A DNA stretch of 64,000 bases from Thainema sp. (lineage in GTDB: Bacteria; Cyanobacteriota; Cyanobacteriia; Phormidesmidales; Phormidesmidaceae). A program made the position numbers and the translations under genes. The stretch spans positions 18,827 through 82,826 of the forward strand of contig JBQLZK010000028.1 of assembly GCA_052168235.1 (NCBI GenBank), written 5' to 3'. Below are positions 35,897-46,098 of this stretch, piece after piece. Under the pieces are notes generated by a model. That model was not told where the DNA came from and ran no database searches. It saw nothing but the letters and a program-made list of their open reading frames with translations. The number at the start of each line of letters is the position of its first letter. Position 1 is the first letter of the stretch.

Positions 35897-36230
35897 AGTG
35901 AGCATCATGGAAAGCACGCTGGAACTGGCGGAGCAGTCGGCCCAGCAGCAGGGCGCAACGCGGATTCACCAGTTGACGCTGCGGGTGGGTGAGCTGTCGG
36001 GAGTGATTCCGGAGGCGCTGCGGTTTGCCTTTGATGTGGTGGCCCAGGGCACGATGGCGGCAGCGGCCAAGTTAACCATTGAATCGGTGCCTGCGGTGTG
36101 TCATTGCCCCGTTTGCGATCGCGACTTTCAGCCACCGGACATCATCTATGAATGTCCCCACTGCCACGGGCTAGCGACGGAACTGCGGCAGGGCAAAGAA
36201 CTAGAACTTGTATCGTTGGAGGTGTCTTAA
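35889..36230 (+). CDS. hypA: Nickel metallochaperone HypA
   Basis: MHEVSI, VGELSGV.PEAL.FAF, two CxxC motifs, G.EL.L..LEV. Confidence 0.95.
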   Translation: MHEVSIMESTLELAEQSAQQQGATRIHQLTLRVGELSGVIPEALRFAFDVVAQGTMAAAAKLTIESVPAVCHCPVCDRDFQPPDIIYECPHCHGLATELRQGKELELVSLEVS

Positions 36231-36231
36231 G

Positions 36232-37179
36232 ATGTGTCAGAACTGCGGCTGTAGCCAAGTTGGCGCGGTGACGATTGACGGCATAGAAATGCCCGCGCAT
36301 TCACATGAGGATACGCATGGTCACGCCCACGATCACATGCATGATCATCCTCATATCCATTCACCCTCCCACTCTCCTACCCTCCCACCCGATCACCCAT
36401 CTACCCATCCACCCATCCACCCTCATACTCACCCACCCGATCACAACCATTCCCACACGCTAACAGTGCATCAGGGAATTCTGAGCAAAAATGATCGTTT
36501 AGCTGCCCAAAATCGCGAATCTTTTAAAGCGGCGGGTGTGTTGGTACTCAACGTTCTCTCCTCCCCAGGAGCCGGAAAAACGGCGCTTATTGAACGCTTA
36601 GCTCAAGATTTAGCCGCGCAAACGCCTCAAGATGGGCCGCAGTCTCTCAAAATGGGCGTTGTTGTGGGCGATTTAGCGACGGACAATGATGCTCAGCGGT
36701 TACGGCAGGCGGGTGCGCCAGCGGTGCAGATCACGACGGGTAATGCCTGTCATCTAGAAGCGGAAATGGTAGCGCAGTCGCTAACCCGATTAGACCAGTG
36801 GCCGGAGTTCGATCTGCTGGTAATTGAAAATGTGGGTAATCTGGTGTGCCCGACCAGCTATGACCTGGGCGAAACGCTGCGGGTGGTGTTGCTGTCTACG
36901 ACCGAGGGAGAAGATAAGCCGCTGAAGTATCCGGCCACGTTTAAGAGTGCGGATGTGGTGTTGTTGACGAAGGTGGATATTGCCGAAGCCGTGGGTTGCG
37001 ATCGCACTTTAGCTCTCTCAAATATTCAACGAGTTGCACCACAGGCCAAAGTGTTTGAAGTCTCAGCCCGAACGGGGGCAGGGTTGTCGGATTGGTATGA
37101 GTATTTGGTGGGTCAGCTTGTGCTGCTGGAAAACAAACCAGTAGGGTGCTGTATAGCCCTTCGGGCATGGCTGCGCTAA
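36232..37179 (+). CDS. hypB: Nickel incorporation GTPase HypB
   Basis: MCQNCGC, His-rich segment, [32 protein letters not shown]. Confidence 0.95.
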   Translation: MCQNCGCSQVGAVTIDGIEMPAHSHEDTHGHAHDHMHDHPHIHSPSHSPTLPPDHPSTHPPIHPHTHPPDHNHSHTLTVHQGILSKNDRLAAQNRESFKAAGVLVLNVLSSPGAGKTALIERLAQDLAAQTPQDGPQSLKMGVVVGDLATDNDAQRLRQAGAPAVQITTGNACHLEAEMVAQSLTRLDQWPEFDLLVIENVGNLVCPTSYDLGETLRVVLLSTTEGEDKPLKYPATFKSADVVLLTKVDIAEAVGCDRTLALSNIQRVAPQAKVFEVSARTGAGLSDWYEYLVGQLVLLENKPVGCCIALRAWLR

Positions 37180-37226
37180 AGCGAAGCGTAACGCACCGTT
37201 CATGGATTTACCTTGATGTAGTTGAG

Positions 37227-37327
37227 GTGTGGGAAAAAACCCGTTTGTGGTGGTGCTTGCCCCCACGCCCCCGCTGGAGGACGAGTCGCTTCCCCCAGAC
37301 CCCCTCCGAAAAAATAACCTGTTGGGT
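37227..37327. repeat. About 100-bp dispersed GC-rich element (inverted copy at 45963-46063)
   Basis: CCCCACGCCCCCGCTGGAGGACG..TCGC.TCCCCCAGACCCCCTCCGAAAAA matches the reverse complement of the 45.97-46.03 kb sequence. Confidence 0.8.
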
Positions 37328-37341
37328 TAGTTAAACGTTAA

Positions 37342-37461
37342 GGAACGTGGATTGAATTAATCCGCAACTGTAGGGGCAGGTTTAGCAGACCAATTTGCAT
37401 CTTGTAATCGATTTGACGGCGAAACCTGCCCCTACGAGATGTCGAATTTAATTCACAATCC
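37342..37461. mobile_element. MITE-like element enclosing a REP palindrome
   Basis: Ends GGAACGTGGATT...AATTCACAATCC; internal GTAGGGGCAGGTTT...AAACCTGCCCCTAC; family members at 49876-50096. Confidence 0.6.
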
Positions 37462-37464
37462 CAA

Positions 37465-40143
37465 ATGAAGGGTGTGGTTATGGTTGCAGTACCTTATCCC
37501 AAATCGAATATCCCTCAGCGTTTGAGTCTCCATGTGGAGGGGATTGTGCAGGGTGTGGGCTTTCGGCCTTTTGTGTATACGCTGGCGCGGTCGGTGGGGG
37601 TGACAGGTTGGGTGCAGAATACGGCGCAGGGTGTGTTTATTGAAATTGAAGGAACGGCGGCGCAACTGCAATCGTTTCAGCAGCGGTTGGAGGCCGAGAA
37701 ACCGGAACATGCGTTGCTTCAGCGAGTGGAGGTAACGCAGTTAGAGAGTATGGGCGATCAGGACTTTCGTATCCTCCCGTCTTCTCAAACAGCGGCGAAA
37801 ACGGCTTTAATTCTGCCCGATCTGGCCACCTGTCCTACCTGTCTCGCAGAAATGTGGGAGCCGACGAATCGCCGCTATCGCTATCCGTTTATCAACTGCA
37901 CCCACTGCGGCCCCCGGTTCAGCATTGTGCGATCGCTACCCTATGATCGACCGCATACGACAATGGCAGGATTTCCGCTTTGTCCTGACTGTCGGCGAGA
38001 GTATGAAGACCCCTGCGATCGCAGATTTCACGCGCAGCCCAATGCTTGCTCAACCTGCGGCCCGCATGTGGAACTGTGGGATCGAGAAGGTAACTGTTTA
38101 GAGCAATCTGATCCAGCGCTTCGGCAGGCAGCAGTGGCACTTGAACAGGGGCAAGTCCTGGCGCTGAAGGGACTGGGCGGATTTCATCTGATGGTGGATG
38201 CCACTAACGAAGCGGCGGTGCAAACGCTGCGGCAGCGGAAGCATCGACCGGATAAGCCGTTAGCGGTGATATTTCCGTCGTTGGCGATGCTGCGCGATTA
38301 CTGTGAGGTATCCGATGCCGCCGTGCAGGTGATGCAATCGGCGGCGGCTCCGATTGTGCTGTTGCCGTTGCGCACGGATGGCGTAATGCTTGCGCCTGGG
38401 GTAGCTCCGGGCAATCCCTCTATCGGCGCGATGTTGCCCTATACGCCGCTGCATCATTTGCTGCTGGCGGAGGTGAATCGCCCCATTGTGGCGACGAGCG
38501 GTAATTTATCCGGTGAACCAATTTGTATTGATGAGCGGGACGCTCTGGAGCGCCTGGGCCAGATTGCCGATAGCTTTCTAGTGCACAATCGCCCGATTGC
38601 CCGTCCGGTGGACGATTCCATTGTGCAGATGGTGCAGGATCAGCCCGTGACGCTGCGACGAGCCAGGGGCTATGCGCCATTTCCGGTAATGCCGCCTGTG
38701 CTCTCATCCCCAGCTCTTCTTCCTCAGGGAGAAGGGAGCAATTCTCCGGAAGTCCCTCTCCCACGGGGAGAGGGATTTAGGGTGAGGGCCACAAACGCCG
38801 AACGACAACAAGATGTAGTTATGCTGGACGTTCCGCTTCCTGACGATACGAAGACTTTGGGTTCTAGTTCGGCGTTGAGATCCCCCCTAGCCCCCCTTAA
38901 AAAGGGGGGAATTGGTTCAAAGTTCCCCCTTTTTAAGGGGGATTTAGGGGGATCGGTTTGGGGTGTTGAAAAACAATTGCAAGATGCCGTTATTTTGTCC
39001 GTTGGTAGTCACCTGAAAAATACCGTCGCCCTACATTTACATGGTCAAACGTTGATTAGTCAGCATTTAGGCGATTTAGATACGCCGCAAGGGTGCGATC
39101 GCTTTAAAGAAACAATTCAGCATCTCTGTGGTTTGTACGATTTGCAGCCCACGGATGTAGATGCGATCGCACATGACGCTCACCCGGATTACTACTCGAC
39201 CCAGTTTGCTAAGGCGTTGCTCAGCCAAACCGATAAGTCCCCGCAACTCATACCTGTCCAGCATCACTACGCTCATGTCCTGTCCTGCATGGTCGATAAC
39301 CAGTGGCAGCCGCCTGTGTTGGGCGTTGCCTGGGACGGCACGGGCTATGGGCTAGACGGCACAATTTGGGGAGGTGAGCTGCTGTGGATTCCGTCCGCTC
39401 ACGTGCCCGCACCGGGATTTGAGCGGGTGGGGCACGTAAAGCCGTTTCCGCTGCCGGGGAGTGAACGGGCGACGGTGGAGCCGCGCCGATCGGCGATTGG
39501 ATTACTCTACAGTTGCCTGGGCGATCGCGCGTTTGACTATACGCATCTGCCCTGCTTCCAGACGTTTACCGCTCAAGAGCAGACGGTGCTGCACCAAATG
39601 CTCCAGCGGGGCTTAAATGCGCCGCTCACGTCCAGCATGGGACGGCTGTTTGATGCCGTTGCCTCGCTGGTAGGACTCCGCCAGCAGGCCAGTTTTGAGG
39701 GACAGGCGGCGATGGCGCTGGAATTTGCGATCGCACATCCCACAGACCAACTCACAGATCAGATCTATCCCTATGCGCTGCATCACTTGCCGGATTCCTC
39801 GCTTCAGTTTGATCCAAAGCCAATGGTGCTGGCGATTTTGGATGACTTGGCGAATCAAGAGTTAACGGCGGACATTGCGATAACATTTCACAATACTTTA
39901 ATTGCCGCATTAGTGGAAATCATTCAGCATTTATGTAAGCGGTATCCAGAACTACAGAAAGTCGCTCTTACGGGTGGATGTTTTCAAAATCGCTATTTGT
40001 TGAACCGCGCCATTCAGCAGCTCCAGGCCATAAATCTATCGGTTGGTTGGCATCAAACCATTCCCACCAATGACGGCGGCATTTCGGCTGGGCAAACAAT
40101 GGCAGCACTGATTGAGTTAAACAATCAGTTAGTTGTCAAATAG
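37465..40143 (+). CDS. hypF: Carbamoyltransferase HypF, with an in-frame repeat-derived insertion
   Basis: GIVQGVGFRPFVY, PDLATC..C, NCTHCGPR, RRFHAQPNAC..CGP, KGLGGFHL, QHHYAH, DGTGYG, SSMGRLFD, GGCFQN, NDGGIS.GQ. Confidence 0.95.
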   Translation: MKGVVMVAVPYPKSNIPQRLSLHVEGIVQGVGFRPFVYTLARSVGVTGWVQNTAQGVFIEIEGTAAQLQSFQQRLEAEKPEHALLQRVEVTQLESMGDQDFRILPSSQTAAKTALILPDLATCPTCLAEMWEPTNRRYRYPFINCTHCGPRFSIVRSLPYDRPHTTMAGFPLCPDCRREYEDPCDRRFHAQPNACSTCGPHVELWDREGNCLEQSDPALRQAAVALEQGQVLALKGLGGFHLMVDATNEAAVQTLRQRKHRPDKPLAVIFPSLAMLRDYCEVSDAAVQVMQSAAAPIVLLPLRTDGVMLAPGVAPGNPSIGAMLPYTPLHHLLLAEVNRPIVATSGNLSGEPICIDERDALERLGQIADSFLVHNRPIARPVDDSIVQMVQDQPVTLRRARGYAPFPVMPPVLSSPALLPQGEGSNSPEVPLPRGEGFRVRATNAERQQDVVMLDVPLPDDTKTLGSSSALRSPLAPLKKGGIGSKFPLFKGDLGGSVWGVEKQLQDAVILSVGSHLKNTVALHLHGQTLISQHLGDLDTPQGCDRFKETIQHLCGLYDLQPTDVDAIAHDAHPDYYSTQFAKALLSQTDKSPQLIPVQHHYAHVLSCMVDNQWQPPVLGVAWDGTGYGLDGTIWGGELLWIPSAHVPAPGFERVGHVKPFPLPGSERATVEPRRSAIGLLYSCLGDRAFDYTHLPCFQTFTAQEQTVLHQMLQRGLNAPLTSSMGRLFDAVASLVGLRQQASFEGQAAMALEFAIAHPTDQLTDQIYPYALHHLPDSSLQFDPKPMVLAILDDLANQELTADIAITFHNTLIAALVEIIQHLCKRYPELQKVALTGGCFQNRYLLNRAIQQLQAINLSVGWHQTIPTNDGGISAGQTMAALIELNNQLVVK
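38701..38954. repeat. Two cyanobacterial palindromic repeat elements inside hypF
   Basis: 38701-38790 ...AGTCCCTCTCCCACGGGGAGAGGGATTTAGGGTGAGGGC; 38879-38954 GATCCCCCCTAGCCCCCCTTAAAAAGGGGGGA...TCCCCCTTTTTAAGGGGGATTTAGGGGGATC. Confidence 0.8.
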
Positions 40144-40249
40144 AGTTGAAGATTAAGACGTTCAGGCGCTGAGCAAATTAAACAATCATTTGGTTGCTAA
40201 ATAGACCATTTCATTCGCATTAATTACGACATTTTTAGGGCATTTAATT

Positions 40250-40513
40250 ATGTGTCTTTCAGTACCCGGAAAGCTTGTTAGTATTACTGATCAAATCAGC
40301 AGTCAAAATCAGGACTCTGACGACTCATCGCTGTGGCGCATGGGCAAGGTTAGCTTTAGCGGTGTGCTGCGAGAGGTCAGTCTGGCCTACGTTCCAGAGG
40401 CTAAGGTGGGGGACTATGTGCTGGTGCATGTTGGCTTTGCCCTCAGCGTCATTGATGAAACAGAAGCTGCCGAAACATTAAGTTACTTGGATCAGCTCAA
40501 TCCGACTAATTAA
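40250..40513 (+). CDS. hypC: Hydrogenase assembly chaperone HypC
   Basis: MCLSVPG, V.F.GV.REV.L, GDYVLVHVGFAL. Confidence 0.95.
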   Translation: MCLSVPGKLVSITDQISSQNQDSDDSSLWRMGKVSFSGVLREVSLAYVPEAKVGDYVLVHVGFALSVIDETEAAETLSYLDQLNPTN

Positions 40514-41038
40514 TCAGAACTATAGTGGAAGTATGGCTGAGTTGGTTGATCTTTTTATTGATACGAGGTTAGTTGAAGTATTAAGGGTCAATTAACTGTT
40601 TGCTGTTGTCGTTATTGATTTTTGCCAGGATTTTTGCCAGCTTCTGTCAATCATTTCTTAATTATTATTCTTGGCAGATGAGCCATTTAATGTATTGGAT
40701 GGAACGATATAAAGCCCAATCCCGATCTAAGATTTTGTTGCAAGAAGACTGAATCAAGGAAAAATTTCAGACTCAATCCTGACTTGATCAAGACTGATTC
40801 AGTGTATTCACTAGCCCGATTTACTGGCCCGATTCATAGCCGACTTATAGATTGATAGTTTCGCAGGTCATTCAAAGATTTTTCGCAATTTATTTGTCGC
40901 TTGCACCACTGCGATATGGCAGAGTTTGCCAAAGAGTTTACCAACTCGTTTGCAGCGACAACCACCAGATGTAGCCGGGTGAGTCTAACTCATCCTGTGC
41001 ATCCATTCATCGTCAAGCTTTCTCGCGAGGAAAGAGCC

Positions 41039-44000
41039 ATGCTATCTCAAACCTTTGCCACGCTGGATGGGAACGAAGCCGTTGCCCGCGTTGCCTATCG
41101 CCTCAGTGAAGTCATCGCCATCTACCCGATCACCCCCGCTTCACCCATGGGCGAATGGGCCGATGCTTGGGCATCCGCAGACCAACCCAACCTATGGGGA
41201 TCGACTCCATCAGTGGTTGAGATGCAGAGCGAAGCGGGTGCAGCCGGAGCCGTTCACGGGGCACTTCAGGCGGGCACGCTGACCACGACGTTTACCGCTT
41301 CCCAGGGGTTGCTGTTGATGATCCCCAACCTCTACAAAATTGCGGGAGAGTTAACCCCAGCCGTGATTCACATCGCCGCTCGTTCCCTGGCCGCGCAGGG
41401 ATTGTCCATCTTTGGCGACCACAGTGACGTAATGGCCGTGCGGTCTACGGGCTGTGCGCTGCTCTGCTCTGCGTCGGTGCAAGAAGCTCAGGATTTAGCT
41501 GCGATCGCAACTCGGGCCACGCTGGAATCGCGCATTCCCTTCCTGCATTTCTTTGATGGTTTCCGCACCTCCCACGAAATTCAGAAGGTGTCGCTGCTGC
41601 CGGATGAGATCCTGCGGGAGTTCATTTCGGATGGCTATGTGCTAGCGCATCGGGCACGGGCGCTCACGCCGGATCGCCCCGTGATTCGCGGCACGGCTCA
41701 GAACCCGGATGTTTACTTCCAGGCGCGGGAAAGCGTCAACACCTACTACAACGCTGCCAGCGAAATCGTGCAGCAGGCAATGGATGACTTTGCCAAGCTG
41801 ACCGGACGGCAGTATCGTCTGTACGACTATCACGGTGCGCCCGATGCCGAGCGAGTGGTAGTGCTGATGGGTTCCGGCTGCGAAACGGCCCATGAAGCGG
41901 TGGATGCGCTGGTGGCTCAGGGTGAGAAAGTGGGCGTTCTGAAAGTGCGGCTCTATCGTCCATTTGATTTGCAAAGCTTTGTCGATGCCCTACCCAGCAC
42001 TGTGAAGGCTTTGGCCGTCTTGGATCGCACCAAGGAACCGGGCAGCACGGGCGAACCGCTCTATTTGGATGTGGTGGGAGCGTTAGCTGAAGCGCAGCGG
42101 TCAGCGGTGAAAGTCGTGGGCGGTCGCTATGGCTTGTCCTCCAAGGAATTCACGCCTGCAATGGTCAAGGCTGTCTTTGATAATTTGGCGGCTGACACTC
42201 CCAAGAATCACTTCACGCTCGGCATCAACGACGATGTTACCCACACCTCGCTTGCCGTTGATCCCAGCTTCTCGACAGAGTCAGATCAAGTGGTGCGGGC
42301 CATCTTCTACGGCCTCGGTTCGGACGGTACCGTTGGAGCCAACAAGAACTCAATCAAGATCATCGGTGAAGAAACCGATAACTACGCCCAGGGCTACTTC
42401 GTCTATGACTCGAAGAAGTCCGGCTCCGTGACCGTGTCGCACCTGCGCTTTGGCCCAGAGCTGATTCGCTCCACCTACCTGGTGTCTAGCGCCAACTTTG
42501 TCGCCTGTCACCAGTGGCAGTTCCTGGAAAAATTTGACCTGCTCTCAGCAGCGAATCCCCAGGGCACATTCCTGCTTAACAGTCCCTACAGCCCGGAAGA
42601 AACCTGGCAGCGACTGCCAGAGTTCCAGCGAGAAGCGATTATCCGCAAACAGCTCCGCGTCTACGTGATCAACGCCTCCCAAGTGGCCAAAGACGCAGGC
42701 ATGGGTCAGCGAATCAACACCGTCATGCAGGTGTGCTTTTTTGCGATCGCAGGTGTCCTCCCTAGAGACGAAGCGATTGCTCAAATTAAGCAGTCCATCC
42801 GCAAGACCTACGGCAAGAAGGGCGAAGCGGTGGTGCAGATGAACCTGAATGCCGTCGATCAAACCCTGGATAACCTGTACGAAGTCGATTACCAGAGCTA
42901 CGCAGCGATTCCCGCTGCCGACGGTGCGGCTCCCGGGTCCTGGGTGCCCGACACTGCACCCGCCTTTGTGCGAGACGTGCTCGGTAAGATGATGGCGCGT
43001 CAGGGCGACGAGATTCCGGTCAGCGCCCTGCCCGTAGATGGCACCTATCCCTGCGGTACGGCCAAGTGGGAAAAACGCAATATCGCCGATGAAATTCCGG
43101 TTTGGGACCCTGATGTCTGCGTCCAGTGCGGCAAGTGTGTCATGGTTTGTCCCCACGCGGTCATTCGGGCCAAAGTCTATGAACCCGCTGCGCTAGACGG
43201 CGCACCCGCCACGTTCAAGAGCACCGATGCCCGCGATCGCGATTGGTCAGGCGAGAAATTCACCATTCAAGTCGCTGCCGAAGACTGTACGGGCTGCACC
43301 CTCTGCGTCGATGTTTGCCCCGCTAAGAACAAGGCGGAACCGCGCAAGAAAGCGCTAAATATGGAGCCGCAGCTACCCTTGCGAGAGCAAGAGCGGGAAA
43401 ACTGGGATTTCTTCCTGAATCTCCCCAATCCTGACCGTCAAGACTTGAATCTGCATAAAATTGCTCACCAGCAAATGCAGGAGCCGCTGTTTGAATTCTC
43501 TGGTGCCTGTGCGGGCTGTGGCGAAACGCCGTACATCAAACTGGCGACCCAGCTCTTTGGCGATCGCATGTTGGTGGCCAATGCCACGGGCTGCTCCTCT
43601 ATCTACGGCGGCAACCTGCCCACCACGCCCTGGAGCTACAACGCCGAAGGACGGGGGCCAGCCTGGTCGAACTCCCTGTTTGAAGATAATGCCGAGTTTG
43701 GCATGGGCTTCCGCGTTGCGGTAGACAAGCAGACGGAATATGCCCGCGAGCTAGTGCAGCAGCTTGCCCTGACCGATACTGGCCCGATTCCCCGCGATTT
43801 GGCAACGGCCATCCTGGCTACCAACCAAACGGACGAAGCCGAAATCTTTGAACAGCGGCAGCGGGTCGCCACGCTGAAGCAACAGATTGAACAAGCACTG
43901 GCCGCTACCACCGATGCCAGTCAGCGCCAGAAACTGATGGCTCTGAAAGCGGTGGCCGACTACCTGGTCAAGAAGAGCGTTTGGCTGATTGGCGGTGACG

Positions 44001-44716
44001 GCTGGGCCTATGACATCGGCTACGGTGGCCTTGATCATGCCTTGGCCAGCGGACGCAATATCAATGTCCTGGTGCTTGATACGGAGGTGTACTCGAATAC
44101 AGGCGGACAGATGTCCAAGTCCACCCCACGGGGAGCAGTGGCCAAATTTGCGGCGGGCGGCAAACCTGCGCCCAAGAAGGATCTGGGCCTGATGGCGATG
44201 ACCTACGGCAACGTCTACGTGGCCAGCGTGGCGATGGGTGCTCGCGATGAGCATACCCTGCGCGCCTTTATGGAAGCCGAAGCTTATGAGGGGCCATCCC
44301 TGATCATTGCCTACTCGCACTGTATCGCCCACGGTATTAACCTGGCGGACGGTCTGAAGCAGCAAAAAGCAATGGTGGATTCCGGTCGCTGGCTGCTCTA
44401 CCGCTACGACCCCCGCCGCACAGAGCAGGGCGAAAATCCATTGGTGATTGACTCCCGTTCGCCCAAGCTGCCTGTTCAGCAAGCAATGTACAGCGAAAAC
44501 CGCTTCAAGCTGCTGACCCGCACCAAGCCGGAAGCCGCCAAGCAACTGGCCGAACTGGCCCAGTCCGACGTAGACACTCGCTGGCAACTGTATCAGTCCC
44601 TGGCGGCTCGGCACATGCAAACCAATGGTCACGATGCCGGACAGGAATCGGGTAACGGTCACAAACCCGCCCCAGATTCGTCCTCATCCGCACCGCCAAC
44701 GGGTTCAACCGTTTAG
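41039..44716 (+). CDS. nifJ: Pyruvate:ferredoxin (flavodoxin) oxidoreductase
   Basis: DGNEAVA, IYPITP, EMQSEAGAAG, GLGSDGTVGANKN, two ferredoxin motifs, FSGACAGCGE, GGDGWAYDIG TPP motif. Confidence 0.97.
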   Translation: MLSQTFATLDGNEAVARVAYRLSEVIAIYPITPASPMGEWADAWASADQPNLWGSTPSVVEMQSEAGAAGAVHGALQAGTLTTTFTASQGLLLMIPNLYKIAGELTPAVIHIAARSLAAQGLSIFGDHSDVMAVRSTGCALLCSASVQEAQDLAAIATRATLESRIPFLHFFDGFRTSHEIQKVSLLPDEILREFISDGYVLAHRARALTPDRPVIRGTAQNPDVYFQARESVNTYYNAASEIVQQAMDDFAKLTGRQYRLYDYHGAPDAERVVVLMGSGCETAHEAVDALVAQGEKVGVLKVRLYRPFDLQSFVDALPSTVKALAVLDRTKEPGSTGEPLYLDVVGALAEAQRSAVKVVGGRYGLSSKEFTPAMVKAVFDNLAADTPKNHFTLGINDDVTHTSLAVDPSFSTESDQVVRAIFYGLGSDGTVGANKNSIKIIGEETDNYAQGYFVYDSKKSGSVTVSHLRFGPELIRSTYLVSSANFVACHQWQFLEKFDLLSAANPQGTFLLNSPYSPEETWQRLPEFQREAIIRKQLRVYVINASQVAKDAGMGQRINTVMQVCFFAIAGVLPRDEAIAQIKQSIRKTYGKKGEAVVQMNLNAVDQTLDNLYEVDYQSYAAIPAADGAAPGSWVPDTAPAFVRDVLGKMMARQGDEIPVSALPVDGTYPCGTAKWEKRNIADEIPVWDPDVCVQCGKCVMVCPHAVIRAKVYEPAALDGAPATFKSTDARDRDWSGEKFTIQVAAEDCTGCTLCVDVCPAKNKAEPRKKALNMEPQLPLREQERENWDFFLNLPNPDRQDLNLHKIAHQQMQEPLFEFSGACAGCGETPYIKLATQLFGDRMLVANATGCSSIYGGNLPTTPWSYNAEGRGPAWSNSLFEDNAEFGMGFRVAVDKQTEYARELVQQLALTDTGPIPRDLATAILATNQTDEAEIFEQRQRVATLKQQIEQALAATTDASQRQKLMALKAVADYLVKKSVWLIGGDGWAYDIGYGGLDHALASGRNINVLVLDTEVYSNTGGQMSKSTPRGAVAKFAAGGKPAPKKDLGLMAMTYGNVYVASVAMGARDEHTLRAFMEAEAYEGPSLIIAYSHCIAHGINLADGLKQQKAMVDSGRWLLYRYDPRRTEQGENPLVIDSRSPKLPVQQAMYSENRFKLLTRTKPEAAKQLAELAQSDVDTRWQLYQSLAARHMQTNGHDAGQESGNGHKPAPDSSSSAPPTGSTV

Positions 44717-44815
44717 TCCTCGCGTCCCGGTGCGATCGCAGGTGGATAAATATGCGATCGCACCTTTCCCTTCATTGATTCGCTCGCTATTTATCAATTG
44801 GTCAGGAGAAACCAC

Positions 44816-45823
44816 ATGGATTTAACGACTACCTATCTGGGATTAAACTTGCGATCGCCCCTGGTTGTGGGTGCAGCGGCTATCCTCTCCGAAGACCTGG
44901 ATAATCTGAAGCGGATGGAAGACGCTGGCGCAGCGGCGGTTGTGCTGCATTCTCTGTTTGAAGAGCAAATTGAGCAAGACATGTTCGATCTGCATCACCA
45001 CATGCAGCAGGGCACCGACAGCTTTGCCGAAGCCCTCACCTACTTCCCCGAACCCGACGTGTTTCACGTTGGCCCGTCGCTGTATCTGGAGCATATCCGC
45101 CGTGCCAAAGAAATGGTGCAGATGCCGATTATCGCCAGCCTCAATGGCACCAGCATGGGCGGCTGGACAGACTACGCTCGCCAAATTGAACAGGCCGGAG
45201 CTGATGCTCTAGAACTCAATATCTACGCCATTCCCACCGACATCACCCTCTCCGCCAGCGACATCGAGCAGCAGTATTACTCTATTGTTCGCTCTGTAAA
45301 AGCTGCCGTGACCATCCCGGTCGCCGTTAAGCTCAGCCCCTACTTCACCAGCCTGGCCCATGTCGCCGATCAGCTCACTGCGAACGGTGCCGATGGCCTA
45401 GTTCTGTTTAACCGCTTCTATCAGCCTGACATTGACGTAGAGGAACTGACCGTCAAACCTCACGTTCTGCTCAGCACGCCTCAAGATCTGCGCCTACCCA
45501 TGCGCTGGATCGCCATTTTGTACGGACGGGTCAGCGCTGATTTTGCCGCTACGGGCGGCATTCACCACGGCGTTGATGTCATCCGCATGGGCATGGCCGG
45601 AGCCAAAATCTCCTACATCGTCAGCGCTCTCCTACGCCACGGCATCCACCACCTGCGCGACATCGAAACCGAACTCGTCCGCTGGCTAGAAGACCACGAA
45701 TACGAATCCTACCAATCCCTAATCGGCACCATGAGCCAACGCTCCTGCCCCGACCCCAGCGAATTTGAACGCGTGCAATACATGAAAGCCGTTCAAACCT
45801 ACCATCCAACGCTGCCCGTTTGA
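44816..45823 (+). CDS. Dihydroorotate dehydrogenase-like flavoprotein (PFOR-associated)
   Basis: MDLTTTYLGL.LRSPLV, SLFEEQI, PIIASLNG, GADALELNIY, VKLSPYF, LFNRFYQPD; AGGAG RBS. Confidence 0.9.
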   Translation: MDLTTTYLGLNLRSPLVVGAAAILSEDLDNLKRMEDAGAAAVVLHSLFEEQIEQDMFDLHHHMQQGTDSFAEALTYFPEPDVFHVGPSLYLEHIRRAKEMVQMPIIASLNGTSMGGWTDYARQIEQAGADALELNIYAIPTDITLSASDIEQQYYSIVRSVKAAVTIPVAVKLSPYFTSLAHVADQLTANGADGLVLFNRFYQPDIDVEELTVKPHVLLSTPQDLRLPMRWIAILYGRVSADFAATGGIHHGVDVIRMGMAGAKISYIVSALLRHGIHHLRDIETELVRWLEDHEYESYQSLIGTMSQRSCPDPSEFERVQYMKAVQTYHPTLPV

Positions 45824-45840
45824 AATTGATTCCACACCCC

Positions 45841-45917
45841 GTAGGGGCGAATGGCCATTCGCCCCTACACACATTTGGATTCCAGATTTTCAAAGGGCGA
45901 ACAGCGTTCGCCCCTAC
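45841..45917. repeat. Tandem REP-like palindromes
   Basis: GTAGGGGCGAATGGCCATTCGCCCCTAC ... AGGGCGAACAGCGTTCGCCCCTAC. Confidence 0.8.
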
Positions 45918-45962
45918 TAAACGGAAAAACACCCGACACCCACATCACCCCCAACCATTGAC

Positions 45963-46063
45963 ACCCACAGATTAGGTTTTTCGGAGGGGGTCTGGGGGAC
46001 GCGACCGTCCTCCAGCGGGGGCGTGGGGGTAAGCGCCCCCACAAACGGGGGTTTTTCCCACAA
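45963..46063. repeat. Inverted copy of the 37227-37327 element
   Basis: TTTTTCGGAGGGGGTCTGGGGGACGCGACCGTCCTCCAGCGGGGGCGTGGGG. Confidence 0.8.
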
Positions 46064-46098
46064 AACAAAACCGCCCCAAAGCAACACCGAAACCACCC

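Noticed and set aside
40901..41038. 46-aa N-terminal extension of PFOR
   Set aside because: No PFOR similarity; GAGGA RBS precedes ATG 41039
43751..44662. 303-aa antisense ORF and similar long antisense ORFs within hox, adhE and nifJ
   Set aside because: Expected from GC-rich codon bias opposite strongly conserved genes; no recognisable motifs
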